IMG/VR virus record: IMGVR_UViG_3300005663_000028
Location: 32,001-96,000 of that record
Length of the DNA stretch: 64,000 nucleotides
DNA from: a virus
Reading direction: 5' to 3' (one strand)
In this document: positions 56,281-64,000 of the stretch, in pieces
Layout: every line of letters starts with the position of its first letter
Numbering within the stretch: position 1 is the stretch's first letter
The notes under the pieces: model-generated
The model's database searches: none
What the model was told of the DNA's origin: nothing
Seen by the model: only the letters and a program-made list of their open reading frames with translations
Made by a program: the position numbers and the translations under genes

Positions 56281-57078
56281 ATGGCTATAAGCAGGGAATT
56301 GTATCGGGAAAGAAGAAATAAAAATCTTTGTACCACTTGCGGGGAGCCTGCCCAAGCAAATAAAGCAATGTGTTTGAAACATGCCAAAAGAATTCTAGAA
56401 AAACAAAGAGCTACCACAAATAAAAGAATCAGTCAGGGATTATGTTCTATGTGTGGAAAAAACCCACCAGCACCAAGACGCGAAAGATGTCAACAATGTC
56501 TAGATGTTAAAAAGTTAGATTCTAAAATAAACAGGACACCACTAATACGACAAAGAATAAAAAATGGTCTTTGTACAAGTTGTGGTAAGTCAAAAACAAC
56601 ACCTAATAAGTTATGCGACGAATGCTCCCAAAAATATAACGCATCTGCAAGGCTGAAGGAGCAACAAAGAAAAATTGACAATCTTTGTACAAAATGCGGC
56701 GAAAATCCACCAAAAATCAATAGACGTAAGTGCTTGTCCTGTTTGGAGATTGATAGACAATGGAGGAATCAACCAGAAATTATCAACAAAACAAGGGGCA
56801 AGCGTCAAAAATTAAAGCAGGAGGTAATGAATAAATATGGTGGAAAATGCAATTGTTGTGGCATAAAAGAGCTTAGTTTTTTGAATATAGATCATGTGAA
56901 CGGCAATGGGAGGGCACACTTAAAAAGCATAGATAAAGAGGGCGGTCATCGATTTTATAGATGGCTATTAGCAAACGATTCCTCATCAGAATTTCAGGTT
57001 CTCTGTTTTAATTGCAATATGAGTAAACATTTGTCTGGAGGAACTTGTGCTCATAAATTAAACACTTTTGGTGTATAA
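56281..57078 (+). mobile_element. HNH endonuclease with tandem CxxC zinc-ribbon array (paralog of 24781..25599)
   Basis: CTTCG/CSMCG/CTSCG/CTKCG units; YGGKCNCC...IDHVNGNG...FQVLCFNCN. Confidence 0.8.
57070..57078 (+). promoter_or_regulatory. GGTGTATAA motif formed by the HNH's last two codons and stop (GGT GTA TAA)
   Basis: Exact copy; its TAA is the stop codon. Confidence 0.65.
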
Positions 57079-57149
57079 TATAGTGGATAAGCTGGGTTTG
57101 AAAATCCAGACTAGGTTTGTTAGGTAAGAAATGAAAGGGGGTGTAAGGC

Positions 57150-57785
57150 ATGGCAGCAGCAATTACTTTTTATGCAGGACAAGGTGGTGGAACTTGGGTT
57201 AACCAAAACGCGTCTGGTCTGGGCTTTTTCGGTACAACTTTCGGAACTTCGGTTCAAGTCGGGCAGTATCAAGATACCAGCTATATTACTACTGGAAACG
57301 GTTCAGCAGAGGGGCCACAGGCAACCAATAACAAATTCATCACGTCGTCAGGTATTAGTGTTGATGGAGACGTGACAGTCGCACCTTCAGCAGTTGCAGT
57401 GAATTCTGGTACTATGAACATTCGTTTTACGTTTGACAGTGCCGTGAAAACTCAAAATTGTCAACTTCGTATTTTCGATCGTACTACCATCAACAATGGT
57501 GCTACGGGCGTAACTACTCAGGTTGTTCAATATGCTAATGGGGGTTCTGGAGTAACTTCTAGTGGTACCGCTGAAGCAGCGGCTAGTCACACTGGTTGGA
57601 TTGCTCCATCTGGTTCTGGAGTTACTATGGCGTTGCTCAGTAGCGCTGGTACTAGTGGTCTCAGTCCATCAGGTACGGACACCATAGATACGCGACACGA
57701 CTGGTATATCGGTCTTTCGTGTACTCCGCTGAGTATTGGGAGCAAGGAATTATTCGGTTTGTATACACAGCTGGAATATTTGTAA
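57150..57785 (+). CDS. virion protein, paralog of 55582..56196
   Basis: DTRHDWYIGLSCTP...QLEYL; followed by terminator-like hairpin. Confidence 0.6.
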   Translation: MAAAITFYAGQGGGTWVNQNASGLGFFGTTFGTSVQVGQYQDTSYITTGNGSAEGPQATNNKFITSSGISVDGDVTVAPSAVAVNSGTMNIRFTFDSAVKTQNCQLRIFDRTTINNGATGVTTQVVQYANGGSGVTSSGTAEAAASHTGWIAPSGSGVTMALLSSAGTSGLSPSGTDTIDTRHDWYIGLSCTPLSIGSKELFGLYTQLEYL

Positions 57786-57809
57786 AACTTTTCAGCAAAA
57801 AGGCACTTT

Positions 57810-57856
57810 GAGAGGGTGTTGATTGTCCCGACGATCATAGTTCTCTCTTTTTTTTC
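57810..57856 (+). terminator. imperfect hairpin plus long T-run
   Basis: GAGAGGG...GTTCTCTC followed by a T-run. Confidence 0.55.
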
Positions 57857-57873
57857 TTTTTAAGGAATTTCAT

Positions 57874-58185
57874 ATGTGGCAAAAAGCCATAGGGTTAGAT
57901 GGGGAACTTTACGATTCTATTTCGGAAGCTAAGGTAGCTGATTGGCTTTTGGAAAACGACATAGACTATGAACCCCACAAGAAACTACCCAAAAGCCGTA
58001 GTGTAACAGATTTTTACTTACCACAACTTGACTTATGGGTTGAATATGATGGATTAATGGAAGTACGTGCCGACGATAAACTAGAGAGAAAGCGAAAATT
58101 CTACGAAAAGCACGGATTGAAATTTTTAATAATCACAAGAGATAATTGGCAGAGAGATATACTCGAACAGATAGAATTGGGGTAA
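57874..58185 (+). CDS. PD-(D/E)XK-like small nuclease
   Basis: YDSISEAKVADWL...TDFYLP...WVEYDG. Confidence 0.65.
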   Translation: MWQKAIGLDGELYDSISEAKVADWLLENDIDYEPHKKLPKSRSVTDFYLPQLDLWVEYDGLMEVRADDKLERKRKFYEKHGLKFLIITRDNWQRDILEQIELG

Positions 58186-58188
58186 AAG

Positions 58189-58509
58189 ATGCCCAAAAAA
58201 CATCAAACGTTTTATGCTGCGATATGCTTGGTTTTAAGTGTTGTCAGTGGGATTGCTGGAGCATCTTATTATGTGGGAGCAGGACAACAAAAGATGAATG
58301 ATGCAATAAACACTAATAGCATCAAAGTTGCTACCATTAAAACAGAGATAAATCAAGAACTAGACCGTTTTACCGAATTAATAGTTTTACAAATAACCCA
58401 ACTCCAAAACGCCACAGCACAATTAAACAATTCAGCCACAAGCTTACATACCGAAGTTCAAGTTCTCAAAGTTTTAGTATCTGGCTTAGAAAAAGAACGT
58501 AGTAACTAA
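58189..58509 (+). CDS. membrane-anchored coiled-coil protein (holin/spanin-like, tentative)
   Basis: One N-terminal TM helix then heptad-rich region; last + strand gene. Confidence 0.4.
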   Translation: MPKKHQTFYAAICLVLSVVSGIAGASYYVGAGQQKMNDAINTNSIKVATIKTEINQELDRFTELIVLQITQLQNATAQLNNSATSLHTEVQVLKVLVSGLEKERSN

Positions 58510-58982
58510 TCATTCCATCCATACATAACTTCGATAGCACGACACAAAAGGGTTCGTAATATACAGGCTTCCCCCTCACTTATTGCATGTCTTACTACGG
58601 TTTTCTGGTCATCTCTTTTGACGCTTAGGTGAATACGAAGCATCCTGTTTTTATCGTAACCAAAGTACAGAACAGCATTGCCTTTTGGATTAGAATGGAA
58701 AAGACCTTTATGCTTTTTCGACTCTTGGTCAATTGGTCCAACCCCATCTTTAATACCCATTAGAACAGTGAGAAGCTCACCAAGATCAGATTCCCCCAAC
58801 TTGAATGAAATTTTATTAGGCCAATCGAAATTTGCATTTCCATCTTTATCCTTGCCCTTCTGATTAGCCATTTCAAGAAAAACACAATCCTTTTTGGAAC
58901 CGAGACTCCACTGTGACGCCGCCCCATTACCATCGTTTTTTGCCTTATAGAGTATAAAGCTTTTACTGTATTTATCCGCCAT
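58506..58982 (-). CDS. Whirly/PC4-like ssDNA-binding protein
   Basis: LYKAK...AASQW...VFLEMA...FDWPNKISFKLGESDLGELL. Confidence 0.5.
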   Translation of the reverse strand: MADKYSKSFILYKAKNDGNGAASQWSLGSKKDCVFLEMANQKGKDKDGNANFDWPNKISFKLGESDLGELLTVLMGIKDGVGPIDQESKKHKGLFHSNPKGNAVLYFGYDKNRMLRIHLSVKRDDQKTVVRHAISEGEACILRTLLCRAIEVMYGWND

Positions 58983-60034
58983 TATTCCTTCTCCTTTGCT
59001 TCTTTCATTTCTCTCATTTTTGTAGATATCGCCAAAGCATCTTCATACGTTAATGATCTAAGATTAATATCTCCATCAGAACTGAGTTCGCATACAATGT
59101 TCAAGTCGCCCACAACCTTGTCTATAGAAAACCCTTGTCGTTCGGCTATCATGCGAATCATTGTAATTTGAGCCCCGTGGATGGCACCTCCAGGTTGAAC
59201 ATCAGCAGTAGCAGCAACAGTTTTACTGACTTCTTCTGCCGCAACAACACGTTTTAGACCCAAGGCGTTGCGATACACCCTACCCTTAGCCCTAGTATCT
59301 GCCATGGCAACCAAGTAAGTAGCGTAATCCTCGAAACAATTGGCGGCATTTGCATCAGCTAAAGCCTCAAACCTTTTTTCATAACCATTCTCGGTAAGGA
59401 ATACTACCCAAGCCTTTGCGCATGCCCTAAAATTGTTTTCTTCTGAAGGGGCTGCTATTAAATCGCATCCTTCCTCCATTATGACACCAACTAGTTCTCC
59501 AGCTATACGCCTCAACCCTTCTACCCTAGGATTCCCCTTATCCATTTCATCGTCATCAAATTTGCCCAAAACATATTGGGTCCATCTAGGATCACTGGGT
59601 GTGGGCGGAGCCGAATTGTATGTGTCAGCGGCGTCCTGTAGGGCTTCGTTCGGCTCCACGTCTTTGGTAACCACTTCTTTGAAAATATCTCGATCTCGAT
59701 TGGAAAGCTTCGTTTCTGGAACCTCATTTTTTACAACAACGTCCTGTATTGTCCCAACTACAGTCTCACTTTTTGTGTCTTGCTGAACAACAGCCTTAGC
59801 CTCAACCTTAATTCCCACATCATCGTCATCATCTTCTTCAACAACAACCTTCGTCAATTCTGAAAGTCCCTGTTCTCCACTTTGATGGGCCTTGAGTTTT
59901 GCGAGCAATTCCGGCCTCTTGAGCTTCTTCCCTTCGTCGTCAAGCAAATCCTTTTCACTATAACCACAAGAAAGCAACTTGACGGCTAATTGATTTTTAC
60001 TCATTTTTGTGGGCGATACTGTTTCGTCACTCAT
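58982..60034 (-). CDS. Rad52-like single-strand annealing protein
   Basis: PRVEGLRRIA...ADANAANC...MADTRAKGRVYRNALGL...AAEEV. Confidence 0.55.
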   Translation of the reverse strand: MSDETVSPTKMSKNQLAVKLLSCGYSEKDLLDDEGKKLKRPELLAKLKAHQSGEQGLSELTKVVVEEDDDDDVGIKVEAKAVVQQDTKSETVVGTIQDVVVKNEVPETKLSNRDRDIFKEVVTKDVEPNEALQDAADTYNSAPPTPSDPRWTQYVLGKFDDDEMDKGNPRVEGLRRIAGELVGVIMEEGCDLIAAPSEENNFRACAKAWVVFLTENGYEKRFEALADANAANCFEDYATYLVAMADTRAKGRVYRNALGLKRVVAAEEVSKTVAATADVQPGGAIHGAQITMIRMIAERQGFSIDKVVGDLNIVCELSSDGDINLRSLTYEDALAISTKMREMKEAKEKE

Positions 60035-60611
60035 TTTTTGTCTCCGTTAGTACTAACTTAACCAGTGCCTCTACATCACAATCTGGCACAATAGTATCAT
60101 GTACCTTAATATCAAATTCTGCTTCGATCAACTCTTTGTGGGATTCGTGCCTAACAATAACCACTGCCCGTGGATCACAATATGCAATCCTTAATTTTGA
60201 ACCATACTGTGGCTTGTTAATGAATTCTGGGTCAAAAGCATAATGGTAAATTGTTGATGCATTGCTTTCTAAAGCTTCGATTGTTGTGCCTATGCTTGTA
60301 GTTATCAAGGGGTAATTACCCCATCTCATCAAATCTGACGGAGCAAATATTGGACACAATGGTTGAATGCAAGGTGGAATGATATGTTGACTAAATATAC
60401 AAATATCTATTCCAGCATATGTTTTACATAAACGATTGATTGAACTAATCCCCAGATAATTTAAGTGAGATACACCCAGGTGGTTGAAGAAGAATCCAAC
60501 GATTTGTAAGTCGTCGTTGAGCCCCAATCCAATTTTGGCCATTTCTTTCGTTGCCTTTTCTTTTCGCCGTACTGCTTCTGTGTGCCCAGGATTTTTCTTC
60601 TTCTTACTCAT
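60027..60611 (-). CDS. glycosyltransferase-associated protein (GT-B-like half domain, tentative)
   Basis: Within GT cluster; Rossmann-like alternation; start likely 60611. Confidence 0.35.
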   Translation of the reverse strand: MSKKKKNPGHTEAVRRKEKATKEMAKIGLGLNDDLQIVGFFFNHLGVSHLNYLGISSINRLCKTYAGIDICIFSQHIIPPCIQPLCPIFAPSDLMRWGNYPLITTSIGTTIEALESNASTIYHYAFDPEFINKPQYGSKLRIAYCDPRAVVIVRHESHKELIEAEFDIKVHDTIVPDCDVEALVKLVLTETKNE

Positions 60612-61398
60612 TCTGCTTACCTCGTCGCTGTACAGCACTTTTCCGAGCAGCATCCTCGCATTGATCTATTAATTGTCTAGCAGCGTCATCAATAGGAGTA
60701 ACAGTATTGTGATGAAGTGGGGCGGGTATGTGATATATTAATCCTATTTCAGATAACCTCAAGAGAAGATCGTAATCATCTCTAATTGGCATTTGTTCAT
60801 TGAACCCACTTTTGAGTTTAGGAAACACCTGGGGACGTATTAAAAAATTACGGTCATACGAATAATTAGCCAAAAATCTTTGCATATCAAACGATTGGTG
60901 GAAAATCCTCTCTGTTCTACCATCTGGATGATGATTATCACAATCACTTACTACACAAGCTATCGATGGATTAACCTGGAAAACCCCAATGGTTTGTGCA
61001 ATTTTATCTGGTGTATACCAACTTTCAGGGTCCATAAATCCAAACATAGTAACACCTTGCCACTCTGCCTGAAGTGCCGCATTGAGTGTGTGGCCGATTG
61101 TACTCAATCGCTTACGAAAAATTCTAACAGGAACACCGTTAAGTTCCCCACTAAATTCTGGGGGTAAACCGACTTTGTCGCCAATTGTAACTGGTTCTGC
61201 TTTAAGTAACTTACATAGAACATCGTATGTTCCATCCTGAGAATCATTGTCTCCAACCACCACTTGATTAGCTGGACGAATACCAATAGTTACTGAATTT
61301 AATGCCTTCGCTATGGTTTTGGCATTATTGTGAGTTGCAATGACTATGGCAACATTTTCTTTGTCTTGCATCATAGTAATATATCCGTAGAAAACCAT
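60604..61398 (-). CDS. glycosyltransferase family 2
   Basis: AIVIATHNNAKTIAKALNSV...VVVGDNDSQDGT...DDYDLLLRL. Confidence 0.8.
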   Translation of the reverse strand: MVFYGYITMMQDKENVAIVIATHNNAKTIAKALNSVTIGIRPANQVVVGDNDSQDGTYDVLCKLLKAEPVTIGDKVGLPPEFSGELNGVPVRIFRKRLSTIGHTLNAALQAEWQGVTMFGFMDPESWYTPDKIAQTIGVFQVNPSIACVVSDCDNHHPDGRTERIFHQSFDMQRFLANYSYDRNFLIRPQVFPKLKSGFNEQMPIRDDYDLLLRLSEIGLIYHIPAPLHHNTVTPIDDAARQLIDQCEDAARKSAVQRRGKQNE

Positions 61399-62183
61399 GA
61401 AAGTCCTATTTCAGTTTCGGCTTCTTCATCCCTGAGTCGTTCGGTAAATGACTTATCTGATTCAGTCAAATGTAAATATGGCTTGGTTATAAACAGTCCA
61501 TAAGTAAGATTATAAGGAGTAAATATTGTTGATCCCATCTTATAAGGGAAAGACCAATGAATCACCCTACTAGGGACACGCCTGACCATTGATGCAAATT
61601 GTCTAAATTTTTCTGGTGATATGGTGCTTCCTGCTGGAATGGCAAGAAAAAATGGGGATGTAATTAGTTTCGATATTCTTTTTATTGTTTTTTCACCATC
61701 TTGTATAGGCTCATGGCTTGAACTACTATTTGCTACAATGGGCGTATTTGGTATTGAACCTGCGTCCTCGCATACTAAATTGGAGAGCGTTAATGTTGAT
61801 TGTCTCTTGTTAATATACTGTAATGCTAAATTCTCCCGATGACTTCCAAAACCAGTAACATCCACTATGATAATTTTGTTTGCGTAGTGAAAGTACCAAT
61901 TGGGGTCGAGTGTATGATCTAAATCTTCAATACTATTAAGTGACTCATCAAAAAATATCAATAGATCAAATTTAAGGCCACATTCTTCTAATACTTCTCG
62001 TTGTAATTCTGAAAGTTCAGTTGTATTTTGTTTTTTAGCCCACTTAGAACTTCGACAGAGTCTACAATATCCAGGTGCGAACGCTTGTTCGTTTTTTAGT
62101 GCAAATACCTGTTTCAACACACATTTCTTGGCACAACCTCTTCGATCCAAAAAACAACATCTTTCACAATCAGTTGTTATCAT
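61371..62183 (-). CDS. Cys-rich protein with possibly degenerate GT-A-like domain
   Basis: CERCCF...CRLCR N-terminus; coupled within GT cluster. Confidence 0.35.
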   Translation of the reverse strand: MITTDCERCCFLDRRGCAKKCVLKQVFALKNEQAFAPGYCRLCRSSKWAKKQNTTELSELQREVLEECGLKFDLLIFFDESLNSIEDLDHTLDPNWYFHYANKIIIVDVTGFGSHRENLALQYINKRQSTLTLSNLVCEDAGSIPNTPIVANSSSSHEPIQDGEKTIKRISKLITSPFFLAIPAGSTISPEKFRQFASMVRRVPSRVIHWSFPYKMGSTIFTPYNLTYGLFITKPYLHLTESDKSFTERLRDEEAETEIGLSWFSTDILL

Positions 62184-62650
62184 TTCGAAGCCTCTACGTA
62201 AATAGCAACACCTTCGTATCTTTTTAAGATAAGGGTTAATCCAGTGTCAGATATGATCGCGAGCAACGTATTTACGTCTATCGCAGACAATCTATTGTCT
62301 CCATTTTCCTGTGTGCCAAACATGATCTTTAGGAATTCTGGTAGGTCTAATTGTCCCAGGTAGAATGCTTGCGAGACAACAAAGCAATCAGGTACTAAGA
62401 TTTTCAGGATACCGCCAGGAACCAATTTTTGAGCCCAGTTAGCAATTGCTGGCTGAACTTCATTTGACGGGAGATACTCCAAACAGTCTATTGCTATAAT
62501 TTCATCAACAGTGCCGTCTTCCGCTAGCCAATCTAGGGAACGAATATCTCCTTGACGATACACGTCTTGGGACATCTTTCCTTGTGGCAAGCGGTCGATA
62601 TTCACAAATCCAGATCGCACGTCACTTCCGCACCCTAGATTAATTTTCAT
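62180..62650 (-). CDS. class I SAM-dependent methyltransferase
   Basis: KINLGCG...GFVNID...LVPGGILKILVPD. Confidence 0.8.
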   Translation of the reverse strand: MKINLGCGSDVRSGFVNIDRLPQGKMSQDVYRQGDIRSLDWLAEDGTVDEIIAIDCLEYLPSNEVQPAIANWAQKLVPGGILKILVPDCFVVSQAFYLGQLDLPEFLKIMFGTQENGDNRLSAIDVNTLLAIISDTGLTLILKRYEGVAIYVEASK

Positions 62651-62846
62651 TTTTGTTTACTCCTTTTATAGTTTCCTTGCATATAGCAACAGCCTGACGA
62701 AGAACAGCAAAACCAGCCTGTTCTGCCAAAGTATAGGGAGGTATCTCATACGATGAATCATAACATAAATCAAATTCATAGATACATTCCAAATCGATTC
62801 CCAATTTATCTTTCTTGTCCTTAATTACGATACTTAGTTTAACCAC
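62640..62846 (-). CDS. hypothetical protein
   Basis: Fills gap in minus-strand operon. Confidence 0.45.
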   Translation of the reverse strand: MVKLSIVIKDKKDKLGIDLECIYEFDLCYDSSYEIPPYTLAEQAGFAVLRQAVAICKETIKGVNKNEN

Positions 62847-62860
62847 TTATTGCTCCAGTT

Positions 62861-63880
62861 CTATGCCAACCTACCCGTTGGACATTTTGCGGTTTTCCAA
62901 AGCACTTCATTCCAGGCATCAAGAAATTGTTGCTGCCCAAATTGTTTCAATACTGTTTCTCTGCCAGCAGCACCAATTTCGAGTGCCATATCCTTGTCTT
63001 CGATTAAATCTACGAGTCTTTCCCTCATTACCTTTGGATCATTTGTAATAAACCCATTCTCTCCATCTTTGATGAATTCGGGCATTGCAGTAGTAGCCGT
63101 TGTAACAATAGGACAGCCAACAGACATTGCTTCAAGTAGTCCAAATGGGGTTGTGGACCACAGGGTCGTATTGAGGAAAACTGAAGCATGACGATAAAGT
63201 TCACGTAAATGGTCTGTATTATCTGCCATTACCGAGAAGCCTGGACTATCACCCCATGCAGATGTTTGAAGACCTTTGGTTACCTCTTTGTATAGATCAA
63301 AACCACATATTGAATTTCTTTGTGGATAATTCCATACCGCTGTCATCACTTTAGAATCCCCTCCAACCCAGCCATTCCAATAGTCCGTATCCATGCCATG
63401 TCTGATTACTGTGACATTCGGATCATCTAGGTCGTGGAACCATGCTCCCACAGAAAAATTCGCCATAAACACATTATGATCGCACTTAAGGTGCCCAACT
63501 CTTTCTATTGTTTCGTCGTCCCACGAAGGCCAGGGCAATGTGTGTTGTGCTGCCAGTAGCGAACAATTTAATTGCTGGGCTAATTGGATTAGAATTGGGT
63601 AGTGATCTATCGAATTTTGTGTAAGCACCAAATCAAAAGCAATATCTGTTTTCAATTGCTGAGTAATATCGCCGCCCCCTAACGGGAAAATATTTGGAGG
63701 CATGGCGCGTTCTCTTTGGTCCCATTGATGTGCTTGAGGGTGATTTAACATGAAAAAGTTATGTCCAGTTTTTGCTAATGTGGCTTGGTATGATTCATGG
63801 TTTAACATAAAAAGAATATTTAACGGACGATTCCTGTCTCTGTTGATGCTTCTTAAAATTGAACTCAATGGCGCTGGCAT
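62861..63880 (-). CDS. glycosyltransferase family 4 (GT-B)
   Basis: IRHGMDTDYW...VFLNTT...PFGLLEAMSVGCPIVTT...GENGF; start 63880 with RBS GGAGGT. Confidence 0.85.
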   Translation of the reverse strand: MPAPLSSILRSINRDRNRPLNILFMLNHESYQATLAKTGHNFFMLNHPQAHQWDQRERAMPPNIFPLGGGDITQQLKTDIAFDLVLTQNSIDHYPILIQLAQQLNCSLLAAQHTLPWPSWDDETIERVGHLKCDHNVFMANFSVGAWFHDLDDPNVTVIRHGMDTDYWNGWVGGDSKVMTAVWNYPQRNSICGFDLYKEVTKGLQTSAWGDSPGFSVMADNTDHLRELYRHASVFLNTTLWSTTPFGLLEAMSVGCPIVTTATTAMPEFIKDGENGFITNDPKVMRERLVDLIEDKDMALEIGAAGRETVLKQFGQQQFLDAWNEVLWKTAKCPTGRLA

Positions 63881-64000
63881 TAGTCCCACCTCCTTGGTCG
63901 TCCACCACAAATATCACGGTTGCAATTACATCCAGCACAAACATCACGACCTTCTAGTGTTTCAGAATAAATCAATGGTCCAGCAATATCTATGTGTAAA
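63880..64000 (-). CDS. C-terminal fragment of an upstream Cys-rich ORF
   Basis: Open frame ...RDVCAGCNCNRDICGGRPRRWD; stop overlaps GT4 start. Confidence 0.35.
   Translation of the reverse strand, partial: LHIDIAGPLIYSETLEGRDVCAGCNCNRDICGGRPRRWD

Noticed and set aside
1164-57838. Many minus-strand and nested ORFs in the track overlapping long + strand genes
   Set aside because: Antisense or alternate-frame shadows of well-supported genes, with no recognisable motifs
57874-58509. Lysis cassette
   Set aside because: No endolysin motif; a single TM protein is not enough to call a holin or spanin
1-64000. CRISPR array, integrase, IS transposase or diversity-generating retroelement
   Set aside because: No regularly spaced repeats, recombinase, transposase or reverse transcriptase seen; the 25/26-nt fibre repeat lacks adenine-specific variation
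1-64000. Stop-codon reassignment (seen in some large phages)
   Set aside because: Genes are full length in the standard code, and TAG/TGA stops are followed by RBSs or promoter motifs

Overview
64 kb of a large tailed dsDNA bacteriophage genome, probably siphovirus-like (no tail-sheath gene seen). The + strand carries a nearly complete virion module: ERCC4 nuclease, terminase, portal, protease/scaffold, decoration protein, major capsid, head-tail adaptor, large modular Ser/Gly-rich fibre-like proteins, neck and tail completion, tail tube, chaperones, a 1438-aa tape measure and tail-tip genes. Many of these genes follow a repeated GGTGTATAA promoter-like motif. A ~15 kb accessory block (24.7-40.0 kb) separates the tail tube from the tape measure. 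It holds an NAD-dependent ligase, HPRT, an Rnl2-type RNA ligase, a saccharopine-dehydrogenase-family enzyme, four tRNAs plus two tRNA remnants, and many small ORFs. At least six free-standing HNH/LAGLIDADG endonucleases are interspersed. The window begins in a GDP-mannose 4,6-dehydratase gene and ends in a minus-strand block with Whirly-like and Rad52-like genes, glycosyltransferases and a methyltransferase. Main highlights: (1) a tRNA-interleaved cluster of antitoxin fragments reduced to their toxin-binding parts (TacA-, HigA- and Doc-partner-like); (2) a Gln-rich leader peptide with attenuator-like alternative hairpins before tRNA-Gln; (3) homing endonucleases whose 3' ends encode the next structural gene's promoter motif; (4) a beta-helix gene whose terminal DIGA motif sits, duplicated, at the start of the next gene; (5) a thrice-repeated bulged hairpin. 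All family assignments come from motif recognition by eye, not database searches.
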